DNA from: a virus
Lineage: Duplodnaviria > Caudoviricetes
IMG/VR virus record: IMGVR_UViG_3300020045_000834
Span: 1 to 24,136 of that record
Length of the DNA: 24,136 bases
Direction: 5' to 3' (one strand)
Shown here: piece after piece, positions 7,361 to 17,600 of the stretch
Layout of the letters: each line of letters starts with the position of its first letter
Position numbering within the stretch: the stretch's first letter is position 1
Translations under genes and position numbers: made by a program
The notes under the pieces: model-generated
Told to the model about the DNA's origin: nothing
What the model saw: only the letters and a program-made list of their open reading frames with translations
Database searches by the model: none

Positions 7361-7821
7361 TGCTTGTATTCCTCTTTTCTTCGGTTAGTCAGGCCCTTGA
7401 GTGGCTTTCCTTGAAATTTATCCCACCGGAGTATCTCTTGGCAAGCACCTTGGTAATCATAAAGGTTCAACTTCTTAACTAAGGTACTATTACAGAATGC
7501 TCCAGTGCCTATGTTGAAAGCCAACGATGTGAAAGCATCGGCCTGACCATCAGTAACTTCAACTTTGATGCACTTACTGATCTTTAGTCTGTAGGAATAC
7601 AGTTCTTTCTTGAGGCGTATATCTGATTCTCTACGAGTAATAGTATCACCCATTTGAACAGGTGTACCATCTTCTCGTTTGGTGAAACCACCACCTATCG
7701 TGACCAAATCTCCCGGAACTGGAACGTAAGCTTTATCCCTAAAGCCCTCGTAATTAGATACTCCTGTAACCAGTCCTACACTGATAATAAATGCTGCTAT
7801 CTTTTTCTTTATATTCTGCAT
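7348..7821 (-). CDS. endolysin, GH24 phage lysozyme, probable SAR type
   Basis: EGFRDKAY...GDLVTIGGG catalytic region, FNIGTGAFCNSTL, GLTNRR; N-terminal KKK followed by a weakly hydrophobic Gly/Ala/Ser-rich helix. Confidence 0.93.
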   Translation of the reverse strand: MQNIKKKIAAFIISVGLVTGVSNYEGFRDKAYVPVPGDLVTIGGGFTKREDGTPVQMGDTITRRESDIRLKKELYSYRLKISKCIKVEVTDGQADAFTSLAFNIGTGAFCNSTLVKKLNLYDYQGACQEILRWDKFQGKPLKGLTNRRKEEYKQCLT

Positions 7822-8237
7822 TAAAGAAACCCAACAGCTTTACCAACAAAAGTACAAGCAGCTAATGCCACCGCACCTATGAAGTACATAACCCAAGTTG
7901 TAACCTGCTTAGTCATTGGTTGCTCTTTCTCAAGAGTATCAACCCTGTCCTCAAGTTCAGATGTTGCAATCTTAGCTCTGTCTAGTTCTCTTTCGATTCT
8001 TTGCATATTATCATTCTGGTGTGCTTGTTTCTGATCAAGAACTACTAAAGCTGTAAGTGCAGTTGAAATGTCCTTTAGGCTACCACTAACATCTCCTTTT
8101 AATTCAGAGATATCACTGTGCAATAAACCAATCCGATCTATCACTAGTTGCATACTCACGTCTGTGTGTTTCCTGTAGTTCTCTGTTCGTTGCTCTTCAG
8201 TTTGATTTTGTTGATTTATTTTATTTTGAATTGGCAT
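7821..8237 (-). CDS. putative holin-like membrane protein (coiled coil plus one C-terminal TM)
   Basis: Immediately upstream of the endolysin with a 1-nt stop/start overlap; C-terminal hydrophobic segment WVMYFIGAVALAACTFVG. Confidence 0.55.
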   Translation of the reverse strand: MPIQNKINQQNQTEEQRTENYRKHTDVSMQLVIDRIGLLHSDISELKGDVSGSLKDISTALTALVVLDQKQAHQNDNMQRIERELDRAKIATSELEDRVDTLEKEQPMTKQVTTWVMYFIGAVALAACTFVGKAVGFL

Positions 8238-8280
8238 ACTATCTCTTTACTTTATCAATTGTTATTTACGTTACTTGCTA

Positions 8281-8778
8281 CTAACTAACATCAGGTTGAA
8301 CCAAGAGCACACTCGCTCCTCTTAGCTGAGCTTCACGTACAATCTCACTGGGGGTATAGACTGTACCTAACTCAATACCATCAACACGAGCTATACGAGC
8401 AGTCAATTCAGCGCACTGTTGCTTGTTGTCATCAGTTGGTTCATCGAATGGAGCAAGGATAGCTTGCAATTGGCTGTAGTCCTGCCCGACTTTAGACAGT
8501 GCATATTCAAGTGTATCGGCGCTCCAGTCAGCATTCATTCCTACCCAATAGAACTCACCCAAGGATGACAACGGGTGGATTCTCACCTTGGGTTGTACTG
8601 CTTCAATCACAAAGACTCTCTCAGCAATAACCCAAGCTGTGCCTACATGACTGTACTCAGAACGTGTAAAGATACGAACGAACTGAATCTTAATGTCGTA
8701 CCACGATTTCCATCCACGGTGTGACCACGCTAGAATATCCCCGGACTTAATCAAGTGTCTTGCTTTTGAGTAAAACAT
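8281..8778 (-). CDS. permuted papain-like NlpC/P60 (YiiX/YaeF family) enzyme
   Basis: IKSGDIL, YSHVG (His), VIEA, VGQDY and C-terminal QCAEL (Cys after His, the permuted order). Start moved to ATG 8778, which has an AAGGA SD. Confidence 0.85.
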   Translation of the reverse strand: MFYSKARHLIKSGDILAWSHRGWKSWYDIKIQFVRIFTRSEYSHVGTAWVIAERVFVIEAVQPKVRIHPLSSLGEFYWVGMNADWSADTLEYALSKVGQDYSQLQAILAPFDEPTDDNKQQCAELTARIARVDGIELGTVYTPSEIVREAQLRGASVLLVQPDVS

Positions 8779-8779
8779 A

Positions 8780-9133
8780 TCAGTCCTTACAATGAATTCC
8801 GTTTGGATCGAAGACATCCAAGAATTTCTGACAGAAGAAACAAGCTGAGTTCTTTCGCCATTTACTCCGGGAGTTAATCAAACGACTCATCTTAGCTGTG
8901 ACTGTGAGTTCCCTTGGAAGATCAAGCAACACAACAGATGCTACGAATGTATTCACCAGTAAGTCAAGGATTAAACCCACGACTAGAATGGGATAACCCA
9001 AGTACAGTGCTGGTTTACTGATGGTTCCATTTAGTTTAGCCCTGTAAAGGCTCATTACAGCTAAGTAAAACAACCACAGGGCGTACAAGCCAAGGACGGA
9101 ATAGCCCAAGTACATCAAGATTAGGATTAACAT
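8780..9133 (-). CDS. hypothetical membrane protein (2-3 TM helices)
   Basis: Hydrophobic segments followed by a basic C-terminus ending C...LDVFDPNGIHC; tightly packed. Confidence 0.75.
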   Translation of the reverse strand: MLILILMYLGYSVLGLYALWLFYLAVMSLYRAKLNGTISKPALYLGYPILVVGLILDLLVNTFVASVVLLDLPRELTVTAKMSRLINSRSKWRKNSACFFCQKFLDVFDPNGIHCKD

Positions 9134-9134
9134 A

Positions 9135-9620
9135 TTATTTACTTTCTACATAGGTCAAAGGCCAGCCTGTAGTAATATCTACAGAGTTAGGATCGTCAGA
9201 TGAATCAATTGAAGTAATCAGTGAAGAAGCAAAAGAGAACAACTGTGCGTCTAATTGTGCAACACCGTTGAATACGCCTTGAGCTAAAGCTGGTGTTGTT
9301 ACAATATGAGTACCGTCCATAGTAGTCCAAGGGATAGCTGGTAGATTAGCTCCCATCATTACCATAGCCATCCATTGTGTTCTGCTGTAAGTATCAGTGT
9401 GAATCCATTTATTCTGAACGAATACGCCGTTGAACTTCTGGAAATCACGTTGAGTTTTTACTTTTCTGACCAGTTCATCTTTAACGCTAGCCAAGCTCGG
9501 TTCAATTTTTGGAATTTCTGGGATTCTTACCCAGTCTGGTTTAATGAACTTTATAATCAGTTCTTCATCATCTTCATCAAAAGCGAAATACTCGTTGTTT
9601 GTATTTTTATAGAAAAGCAT
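9135..9620 (-). CDS. DUF4376-like tail fibre-associated/assembly protein
   Basis: Directly downstream of the tail fibre; motifs R..K..GV.V...W..TD..S, WTTMDG and terminal GWP. Confidence 0.7.
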   Translation of the reverse strand: MLFYKNTNNEYFAFDEDDEELIIKFIKPDWVRIPEIPKIEPSLASVKDELVRKVKTQRDFQKFNGVFVQNKWIHTDTYSRTQWMAMVMMGANLPAIPWTTMDGTHIVTTPALAQGVFNGVAQLDAQLFSFASSLITSIDSSDDPNSVDITTGWPLTYVESK

Positions 9621-9633
9621 AATAATCCTTTAA

Positions 9634-10572
9634 TTACTGATATTCAAACCACTGCTGCAAAGCGCCTCCGCCCGTGACAGAATATATTGCGCCGGGCGGA
9701 ACTGGGAAGGTTGAGGTTTGAAGTTGCGTGACCGCCTCAGATGCAAAGATAGAGAAAACAACTACAGCACCCCCAACGTAAGCGAGTAGCTGCACTTGAC
9801 CACTGCCCGATGGGACAGTACAGGATACAAGAACCCACCTTGTAGTTGTTCCTGTATTTGTGTAGTTAGTAGTAACGGCGCGGGATGCTGTTACATTAGT
9901 CATTACCCCTGTACCTGTACCGGTAGATGTAGGTGTTTGCCATACCGCAGTATTTGCATCAGTAGCTGTAAGCACTTGCCCTGTTGTGGGTGATGTTGCA
10001 GAGGACACACTTACAGTGCTAGAAGCACTTTTCAATGAACTTGCTTCTATATTGTTAGTTGCAGCAGTCAGTGTCTTGTTAGTCAAATTCTGTGCTGTAT
10101 TCGTGGTAGCAATATCGACTACAGCCCCAGTTAACCCATTCACAGATGATACACCCGCTAATGCACTCACACCATTAACCCAAGATGAGCCGTTGTATGC
10201 TCTGATAAATCCACTGACTGAATTGATGTACCAATTACCAGCAACCAAAGCAGCACCCATTCTACCTGTTGTTGGATCGGTAGCACTAGCACCTAGGTAG
10301 AGTTCAACTAAGTCGTAAGCGTCATTCTCACTCTGCAATGCACTAGCAGCACTAGCAGCAGCCTCACCAGCTTTTGTAGTAGCAATACCAGCTTGTGTAG
10401 TTGAAGTTGTAGCTGCTGCTGACGCAGTGGTTTGTTTTGTGTTAACATCCAAAGCTAGTGCATTAGCTTCATCCCCGAATGTAGGCAAAGCGCCCAAGAA
10501 TTCATCCCCACGTACAGCGAAGTTAGTCGGGTCTGATCTTGAGGGGGGTGTTGGTAAGGTTGTAATACTCAT
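9634..10572 (-). CDS. tail fibre / receptor-binding protein
   Basis: Ala/Thr-rich shaft, VSSVNGLTGAV and QNLTNKTL fibre motifs, GQVLTAT; beta-rich C-terminal tip domain. Confidence 0.8.
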   Translation of the reverse strand: MSITTLPTPPSRSDPTNFAVRGDEFLGALPTFGDEANALALDVNTKQTTASAAATTSTTQAGIATTKAGEAAASAASALQSENDAYDLVELYLGASATDPTTGRMGAALVAGNWYINSVSGFIRAYNGSSWVNGVSALAGVSSVNGLTGAVVDIATTNTAQNLTNKTLTAATNNIEASSLKSASSTVSVSSATSPTTGQVLTATDANTAVWQTPTSTGTGTGVMTNVTASRAVTTNYTNTGTTTRWVLVSCTVPSGSGQVQLLAYVGGAVVVFSIFASEAVTQLQTSTFPVPPGAIYSVTGGGALQQWFEYQ

Positions 10573-10625
10573 TTATATCTTTCTATTTCTATTATCTTGT
10601 TATGCAATGCAGGTATACAGTGGAG

Positions 10626-11516
10626 TTAAATCAAGCCCTCAATCTCCAGTGAACACAGAGAATGAGATGGGTATGAAATGTCAGTACTGAAGTCCCTGTA
10701 CCATCCGTAGACCACTAGAGCTTCTTCGTACTGTGGAGAATCTGATGCAATCCACACAGCAGGTGTTGCCCTGAGCGAGTACAGAAGTTGTTGTACACGG
10801 TTAAGACTCCCGTTATCTACCATAACTTGGGCTTGCATTCGTTTACTATAGGCACGTTCAATGAATGCGATATTACCAAATATATTAGTTTCTTTACGAC
10901 TATAATCAGTAATACCAGCGGTTGCACCGTACTGTGTGCCACCTAGTTGACTCAGTGATCCCCATACAGCCGCGCCAACTGAAATAGTACCAGTCTTAAT
11001 GAATTCAAGTGTTACGTGAGAATTAGCATAAGGTGGGATACCACGGAATACTAATTGAGTGCGCTTGAGAAGTGGATCGTAAAAGAAATACTGATACCAA
11101 TCAAGCACACTACTTCCACTTAATCCGCCAGTTTCTTCGTACACAATAGAACCACCTAGACCATCTCTAACTGTGATTTTAACAGTATCAGTATCTAGGT
11201 TAATCAACGCGAATGAGTCAATAACTCCAGTTGCTATAGTAACTGTCAGTGTACTCACCTTAGTTGTACCTGTGCTTACTAACTGGTCAAACATAGCGTG
11301 TCTATTATCAGCCCCAACCAATAGCCACCACGTAGGTGAAGTATCTGGTTGGTGATTCAGGTTAGTACCTTGCAGACTCTCGTAGATATTGAAATTATAG
11401 ACTACTCTGGCATTATCTGCGTAAGTAGTCCCCGAGGAGTAATCAGCGTATATCTCAGTAGCTGTTGTACTGATTAGCATACTGTTCTGAAATACTGTTG
11501 GTTTTAATACTAACAT
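10626..11516 (-). CDS. minor tail / tail-tip protein
   Basis: First gene after the tape measure; beta-rich; N-terminal CBM5/12-like motif (YSSGTTY..N.RVVY...YES...PTWW). Start set at ATG 11516 with an AAGGA SD. Confidence 0.7.
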   Translation of the reverse strand: MLVLKPTVFQNSMLISTTATEIYADYSSGTTYADNARVVYNFNIYESLQGTNLNHQPDTSPTWWLLVGADNRHAMFDQLVSTGTTKVSTLTVTIATGVIDSFALINLDTDTVKITVRDGLGGSIVYEETGGLSGSSVLDWYQYFFYDPLLKRTQLVFRGIPPYANSHVTLEFIKTGTISVGAAVWGSLSQLGGTQYGATAGITDYSRKETNIFGNIAFIERAYSKRMQAQVMVDNGSLNRVQQLLYSLRATPAVWIASDSPQYEEALVVYGWYRDFSTDISYPSHSLCSLEIEGLI

Positions 11517-11604
11517 ATTTTCCTTTGTGGGTATTTTACCACAGTTGAATAGCAAATACAAGGTTAATTGTATGTACTATTCTTTGTGATTAAAGTTAAA
11601 CTAC

Positions 11605-14600
11605 TTAAACTACATTAACATCTTGTGGTTCAATGAAGCTAACAGCCAATGATTGACCGTCTGGAGATACACGGTTGAGTATCTTAGAGATATTACTGTT
11701 GTGTGAAACGTCAGCCCTGATCTCATAGCGTAGACCTGTGATATTCTCATTCAGGTTCACCAGCAGAAGTTCCATCCTTGAGTTATCTCCACCCCCGAGT
11801 AGATTCTGCGTTTGTGGTGCAGTATATACTTGACCGGGATTACTGAAGTTAATCAACTCAGGCCCTTCTTCACCAACTAAAGCCAATCCACCACCGTACA
11901 TTCCACCACCAGCAAAGGTAGGTAAACCGTTAGCCAGAGCCCAATTATTAGTATTACCAATAGGCCATCCCATTCGCTTATCTAACATTCCAGCGTTATA
12001 ACCAGCAGCTTTCGCGTAGTTATACAGGTACAGTTCAGCACTGATGCCTTGAGCAATGCCACCTGCTATTGCCTGAGCAGTAATACTAGCAGCATCCACT
12101 GGGTCATACGAAGGGCCAGCGTCAATACGCTTTTGGTAATCCGAGATAACCGTAGTAGTCTGACCGCCTGATACATCCGTTGTTACTGGAGAAGTTGGTG
12201 GCGCTGTACTTATTGGTGCAGTGGGTGTATTGGTAGCTTCTAAGTAACCTTTACTAATAGCCCAATCTTTAGTAGAACCAGAAGGAAAGCCCATAATTTT
12301 ATCTAATTGCTCAGGGGTAATTCCTTGGCTTTTAGCGTAACTGTACAGAGCTTCTTCTGGAGATATGCCTAGTTGATTTGCTAAGTTAGTTGCTTGGTTA
12401 ACTACAGCTTCTTTCTGGTTAACAGTCAGAGCCTTTACAGCATCTAGTGCTACTTGCTCTTGAGTTTTCTGTTCAGTTTGGACTGTAGTTTTAGTCCCAA
12501 GAGCACTGACCAAGGATGTACCGAATTGGCTCAACGCAAGTGCTACGGATGTAACACTGTTATCAATATCATTCAGAACATCTAGTTGTGCTTTAGCTGT
12601 TACCAGAGCATCATCAAGGGGTTTAACGTCCAGATCGTACTGAGCTTTTAATGCTCTGAGTTGTTTATCAAAACCGTCCTTTATTACCTTAGTCTGAGTT
12701 GTCAGAGATTCAAGTAACTTCTCTTGTTCTGTCAAACCAGCGTCTGTTATTTCAGATAAAGCACTAATATCATTCTTAGTCTTGTAGAAGTCTCTGGCAT
12801 AATCAGTGAACGAAGCAAAGAGATCTTCGGAGGGTTCACTGACTGTACTTAGAGCGTTTTCTAAGATGCGAGTATCAGTAGGTAACGCTCCAGTGTTTCT
12901 AGCTGTACCTAGTACCTCTCTGATTAAATGTTGAGCTAATCTACGCTGTGTACCCTCAGAACCACTGACGTTCATTCCATCAAGAGTACTCTTGAGCTTC
13001 TCGCTAAGGCTTCTTAGGTTATCAACTGATTTGCTCAGAGTATCCAAGGATGTACTTGTACTTTGCACATACTCATCTTGGATATCCGTTAGTTCTTTCA
13101 CACGAGCATCGTAAGCATCGGTCAGGACTTTCTTCTCTTGTTCAACTGAACGTACCAGCAAGTTATAGGACTGTTGTGCTGCATTTTTAGCTAGTGTCAA
13201 CTGAAGCTCAAGTAAAGCATTATAAGAGCCACTTACTTCACTCATTAACTTGACTTGAACTTCAAGTGCAGCAGCAGCAGCAATCGCAGCGTTCTTCAGA
13301 TCATCAAAACTATCAATGGATTTCTTTATAGCTGCGTTAGTATCATACTGTTGTACTTCAAGATCAGTCAACCCTTGAATCTGCTTTGTGCGGTACTGCT
13401 CTTCGGATAGAAACAACTTATCCCATTGAGACTGAAGAGAAGCCCCTTCAGATTGTAGACCTTTAGTTACTTCACTGATTTCAGTAACAGCACCTTCAAC
13501 TTCAACAAACGCAGGAGCTAACTGATTAACAGCACCTTGTAGTCCAAGAATAGAAGCATAAGCTCTAGCATTGGCGTCTACGCTTAAATCCATTACACCT
13601 AACTTTTCAACTTCTGACCTGTACCATTCACGAGTTGATTCGTTAATAGCTGGCATTGTAATGTTGAGTTTAGCGAAGGCTTTAGACGTGGTTGTAGTCA
13701 AGTAAGCTGTCTTCTCTGTCTCAGTGTAGAAATTATCATAGAAACCAGAAAGATTACTACCGAATTTAGCCATACCTCCAGCAGCAGCAATTAAGCCAGC
13801 AGCAGTATCAAAACTAAGATTCATTAAGTATTCAAACGGGAGTTCAAGCATTGCTTCATTGAACTGACTAACAGTATTAACCAAGTCGTTAACTGTTTTC
13901 AGCAACGCATCTGTTTCTTCTGATGTTAATGCTGAGATATCAATCCCTTCAAACATTGCTTTTAGTGACGTAGGAATATCCTCAGTTACTTGCAGGGCTT
14001 CGAGGATAGATTGAGATAGTTGTTTACCATAATTAGCAAATGCAGTTTGTGCATCTTGGCTAACCATATCAAATTGTCCACCGTCACGACCTAGTGCTTC
14101 ACCGAAGCTCTTACCACCAACTTGTCCACCAGCGTAACTAAAGCCTTTGTTTTTATCTGAGGATTCCAGACCAGCAACAAAACCTGTTAAACTAGCTTTG
14201 CTACCAACCGTCTTTAATGTTTCAGTAATAGCCTTCTGAGCATTCTCTAACATCAATCTCGACTGATATCCAGCAATCTCACCTCCGCTTGGTCCTTTCT
14301 CAAATACTGCTTTACCATTGGTAGAAGTGTAAGAAGCACCTGAACGTGTCTCACCAGCAAATGCCTCGTCTATTGCAGAACCGATCTTACCTCCGATAAA
14401 CGCCCCTATAGGTCCACCAAAGTACTGACCTAGTGCAGTACCAGCGGCAGTACCTATCTTGCCCTCTGAGAGCGAATTAAGGGCACTGGCATAGCTCAAG
14501 ATAGAACCAGCACTGCTAGCCAAGGATTGAACTTGTGTTCCAAGTCCAGTCAACTGCGCAGGACCAGTTAATCCATCACCTAGCGTATCAATACCGGGAG

Positions 14601-17600
14601 TACTCAACCCAAGTGATCCACCGAAACTGCTTCCAGCAAACCGGCTGAAACCCTCAGAGATACTATTAGGACTAAGGAAATTAAAACCAGAAGAACTTCC
14701 AGAAGTACCGGCAGTACCTCCACCAAAACCCATTGCATTCATTCCACCAGATAGTGCAGTATTAACTACAGCGTCAACGTATAGAGTAACTTTGTTTCTC
14801 AGTGCAGATACTAAAGCATCACGGAGCTTCTTACTACCAGCTTTACCACCGTCGAAAAGGGCAGTTACGATGCTGTCTGTAATTGAGGATTTAATAGCAT
14901 CGAATTCCTTTTGCATATCCTGTGCAAATTGCAGAGTCACACCAGCATTAATTGCTTTGATTTTCTCAGCAGCATTCTCACGCGCAATAATTTCAAGATC
15001 AGGATCAAGACCTGCTTCACGAATCTTTTGAAGTTCTTTTTCGAGTTCGACTCGAACCTTGCCTAAATCATTCTGTTGTTTATGCTCACGAGTAATTAAC
15101 TTTTGTTGTTCTTCTGTTTTGCCTAGTAAACCGAACTGAAATTGAATTTCAGAGGTAACGTTTTTTAATTCGAGTGTTTCAGCCTTAAGTGTATCGTACG
15201 CTTTAATATACTCATTGTCTTTTTTCTCTTGCTCTTTGTTAGTATCAGCCCATGCTTTTTGTACTAATTTTAATTGCTTTTCTTCTTGAGCTAAACCGTC
15301 AGTGTAGAACTTCTGTTGTTTAATCAAGTCCTCTACAACTTTAACATAATCTTCTTCAGTGATCTTCCCGTTCTTACGAAGTAACTGAAATCCAGCTAAC
15401 TGGTTGTTATAATCCTTGTTTATACCATAAGCTTTATTCATGGTATCAATGTAGTCTTCAAGAGCTTTATTCTCTTTCTTTTGTTCGTCAGATAATTTAG
15501 CTTTTTTAGCCTTTGGTTGCAGAGCTTCCCATTCAGCTTTAGCCACCCGCTGCACCATTGCTAAGTTCTCACCCTCTAATTGAGTGCCTTTAACTAGTAC
15601 TTTGTTCTTTTCTTCAACCATCTTATTGATGAATTGAGACTGGGTTAAAGATTTAGCATTCAGCTTGTCGTCTTTATCCTTGACATCTTTCATTACTTTA
15701 GTTAAAGCTAAACGCTCTTTTTCGGCTTCTACTTGCTTTTGAGCATTCTTAACTGCTTCTGATTGGAGCGCATTGTTACCTTCCATTGTCTTTGACGTAT
15801 TTTCAATAGCTTTTGCATAATTCGTTCCAAGATCACTCCAAGTTTCACTAAAAATAGTAGCGGCTGTTTTAAAGTCACCAGACATAATTGCAACAATACC
15901 AGTGGCTAGACCTTTAATAGAACCCGCTACTTGCTTGATAACTAAAGCTACGCTTTCCCACACTACACGAAAAGCAACTACAACTCCAGATGATGTAGCC
16001 AGATCATTAACACCGTTCCATAAATCAGATAAAGCGCCCTTCATGTCCATCCATAGAACTTGTAGAGGATTCATGTCTGCAATTAACTGCAACGCCATTG
16101 TCCGATTAGCTTCAGTTAGTATTCTAGTAGCTTCTTCCACTGATCTGATCTCATCACCTTGCTCAATAAGTGATTCAATATTCTTGATATTTTCATCAGT
16201 GACTAAACCAGTATTCAACCTGAGTTCAGATAGTGCTTTAATAGGGTCTTTTTCTAGATCAGAGTACATCTTAGAAATCTTCTCTACAGAAGGACCACCA
16301 GCTTTTTCAAGCTCCATAGCAGCTAGGGTTATTTCTTTTAGAGACTCTGCTGTACCTGCTCCAGCTTTGATCATCAAAGTCATTGCTGCAATACTTCCTT
16401 GAGTACTAATACCAGCAGTCGAAATAGCATTAGAATATTCCAGAACTTGACCACTAGTTAAACCATAGCTCGCGCCAACTGAAACCAAAGTTTGGCTCAG
16501 TTCGTTCATAAGATTAACATTTTGTACAGCAGCCACTCCAACAGCAGCTAGTGTTGTAATTATCGCCAGAATACCAAAAGCAAATACTTTACCAAAATTA
16601 CCGGCTATTCTGTCAAATTTAGCTAGATTATCAGCCGCTGTATCAAAATCCGAAGACATACCGATGATACCTTGACGTGTTTTTTCAATAGCTTTATCAA
16701 CAAACAGAAAACTGCTAACATAATTAACTACAGCCTTACCCGCATCAAACATACCCCCAGCTAACATAGTAGTAATAGCTTTGCCAGTATCAAACACGGA
16801 TCTAGCCATACCCTTCATAGCATTGCGCATAACATCGCCCATATCCTTAGCAGCAATGCCCATCATACCGAACTGATCTCGTAGCTGACCACCCTGCTGC
16901 ATCATCACCGTTAGGGGGGATTGACCCGTAGATAAGCCTACGACAATATCCGTAATTTGTGGACCTACTGCTCGTGTAATATAATCTGTTTGGTTAGAGG
17001 ATGTAGTCTTCTGTAGTTCTACTTGAGCTTTCCTGTACTCGTCAATTTTGACTTTTTGTTGATCTAATGTTAATCCTGACTTCTTCAGGGCGTTCTCAAA
17101 GCGAACTAGTGAATTAGATGTACCACGGTTCAACTCTTCGTTATTAGCTTGCAGAGCAAAGCGTACTTTTTGGAGTTCGCTTTCGATATAAGCATTAGCT
17201 TTACCTGCGTCAACTGTAGCTTTATCTGCGTTCCTCATGGCCGCAGCCATTGCGTTCTCAGCTTGAGTTACTTGCTGCGCGGATTGCACGATCTTATTGA
17301 ATTCAGCATCAACACCAGATAATGATTTACCTTGTACTTTGAATTGCTCTGTTAAGCGAACATGCTCCCGCCCTAACTCTTGGAGTTGATTTTTAGTAAA
17401 CCCAAGGTCTTTATTGTAAAGGTCACTCGCAACAGTTGCTACTTTTAATTCATTAGCAAATACAGTGGCTGCACCTAAGCTACGATCAAACGGATTATTA
17501 CTGGACATTGCCCGTTGAGCTTTAAGATACTCATTGGTCTTCTCAGTAGCTTCACCAAGGGCTTCAGCGGTGGCTAGGATCGACGCTTGACCTCTAGAGT

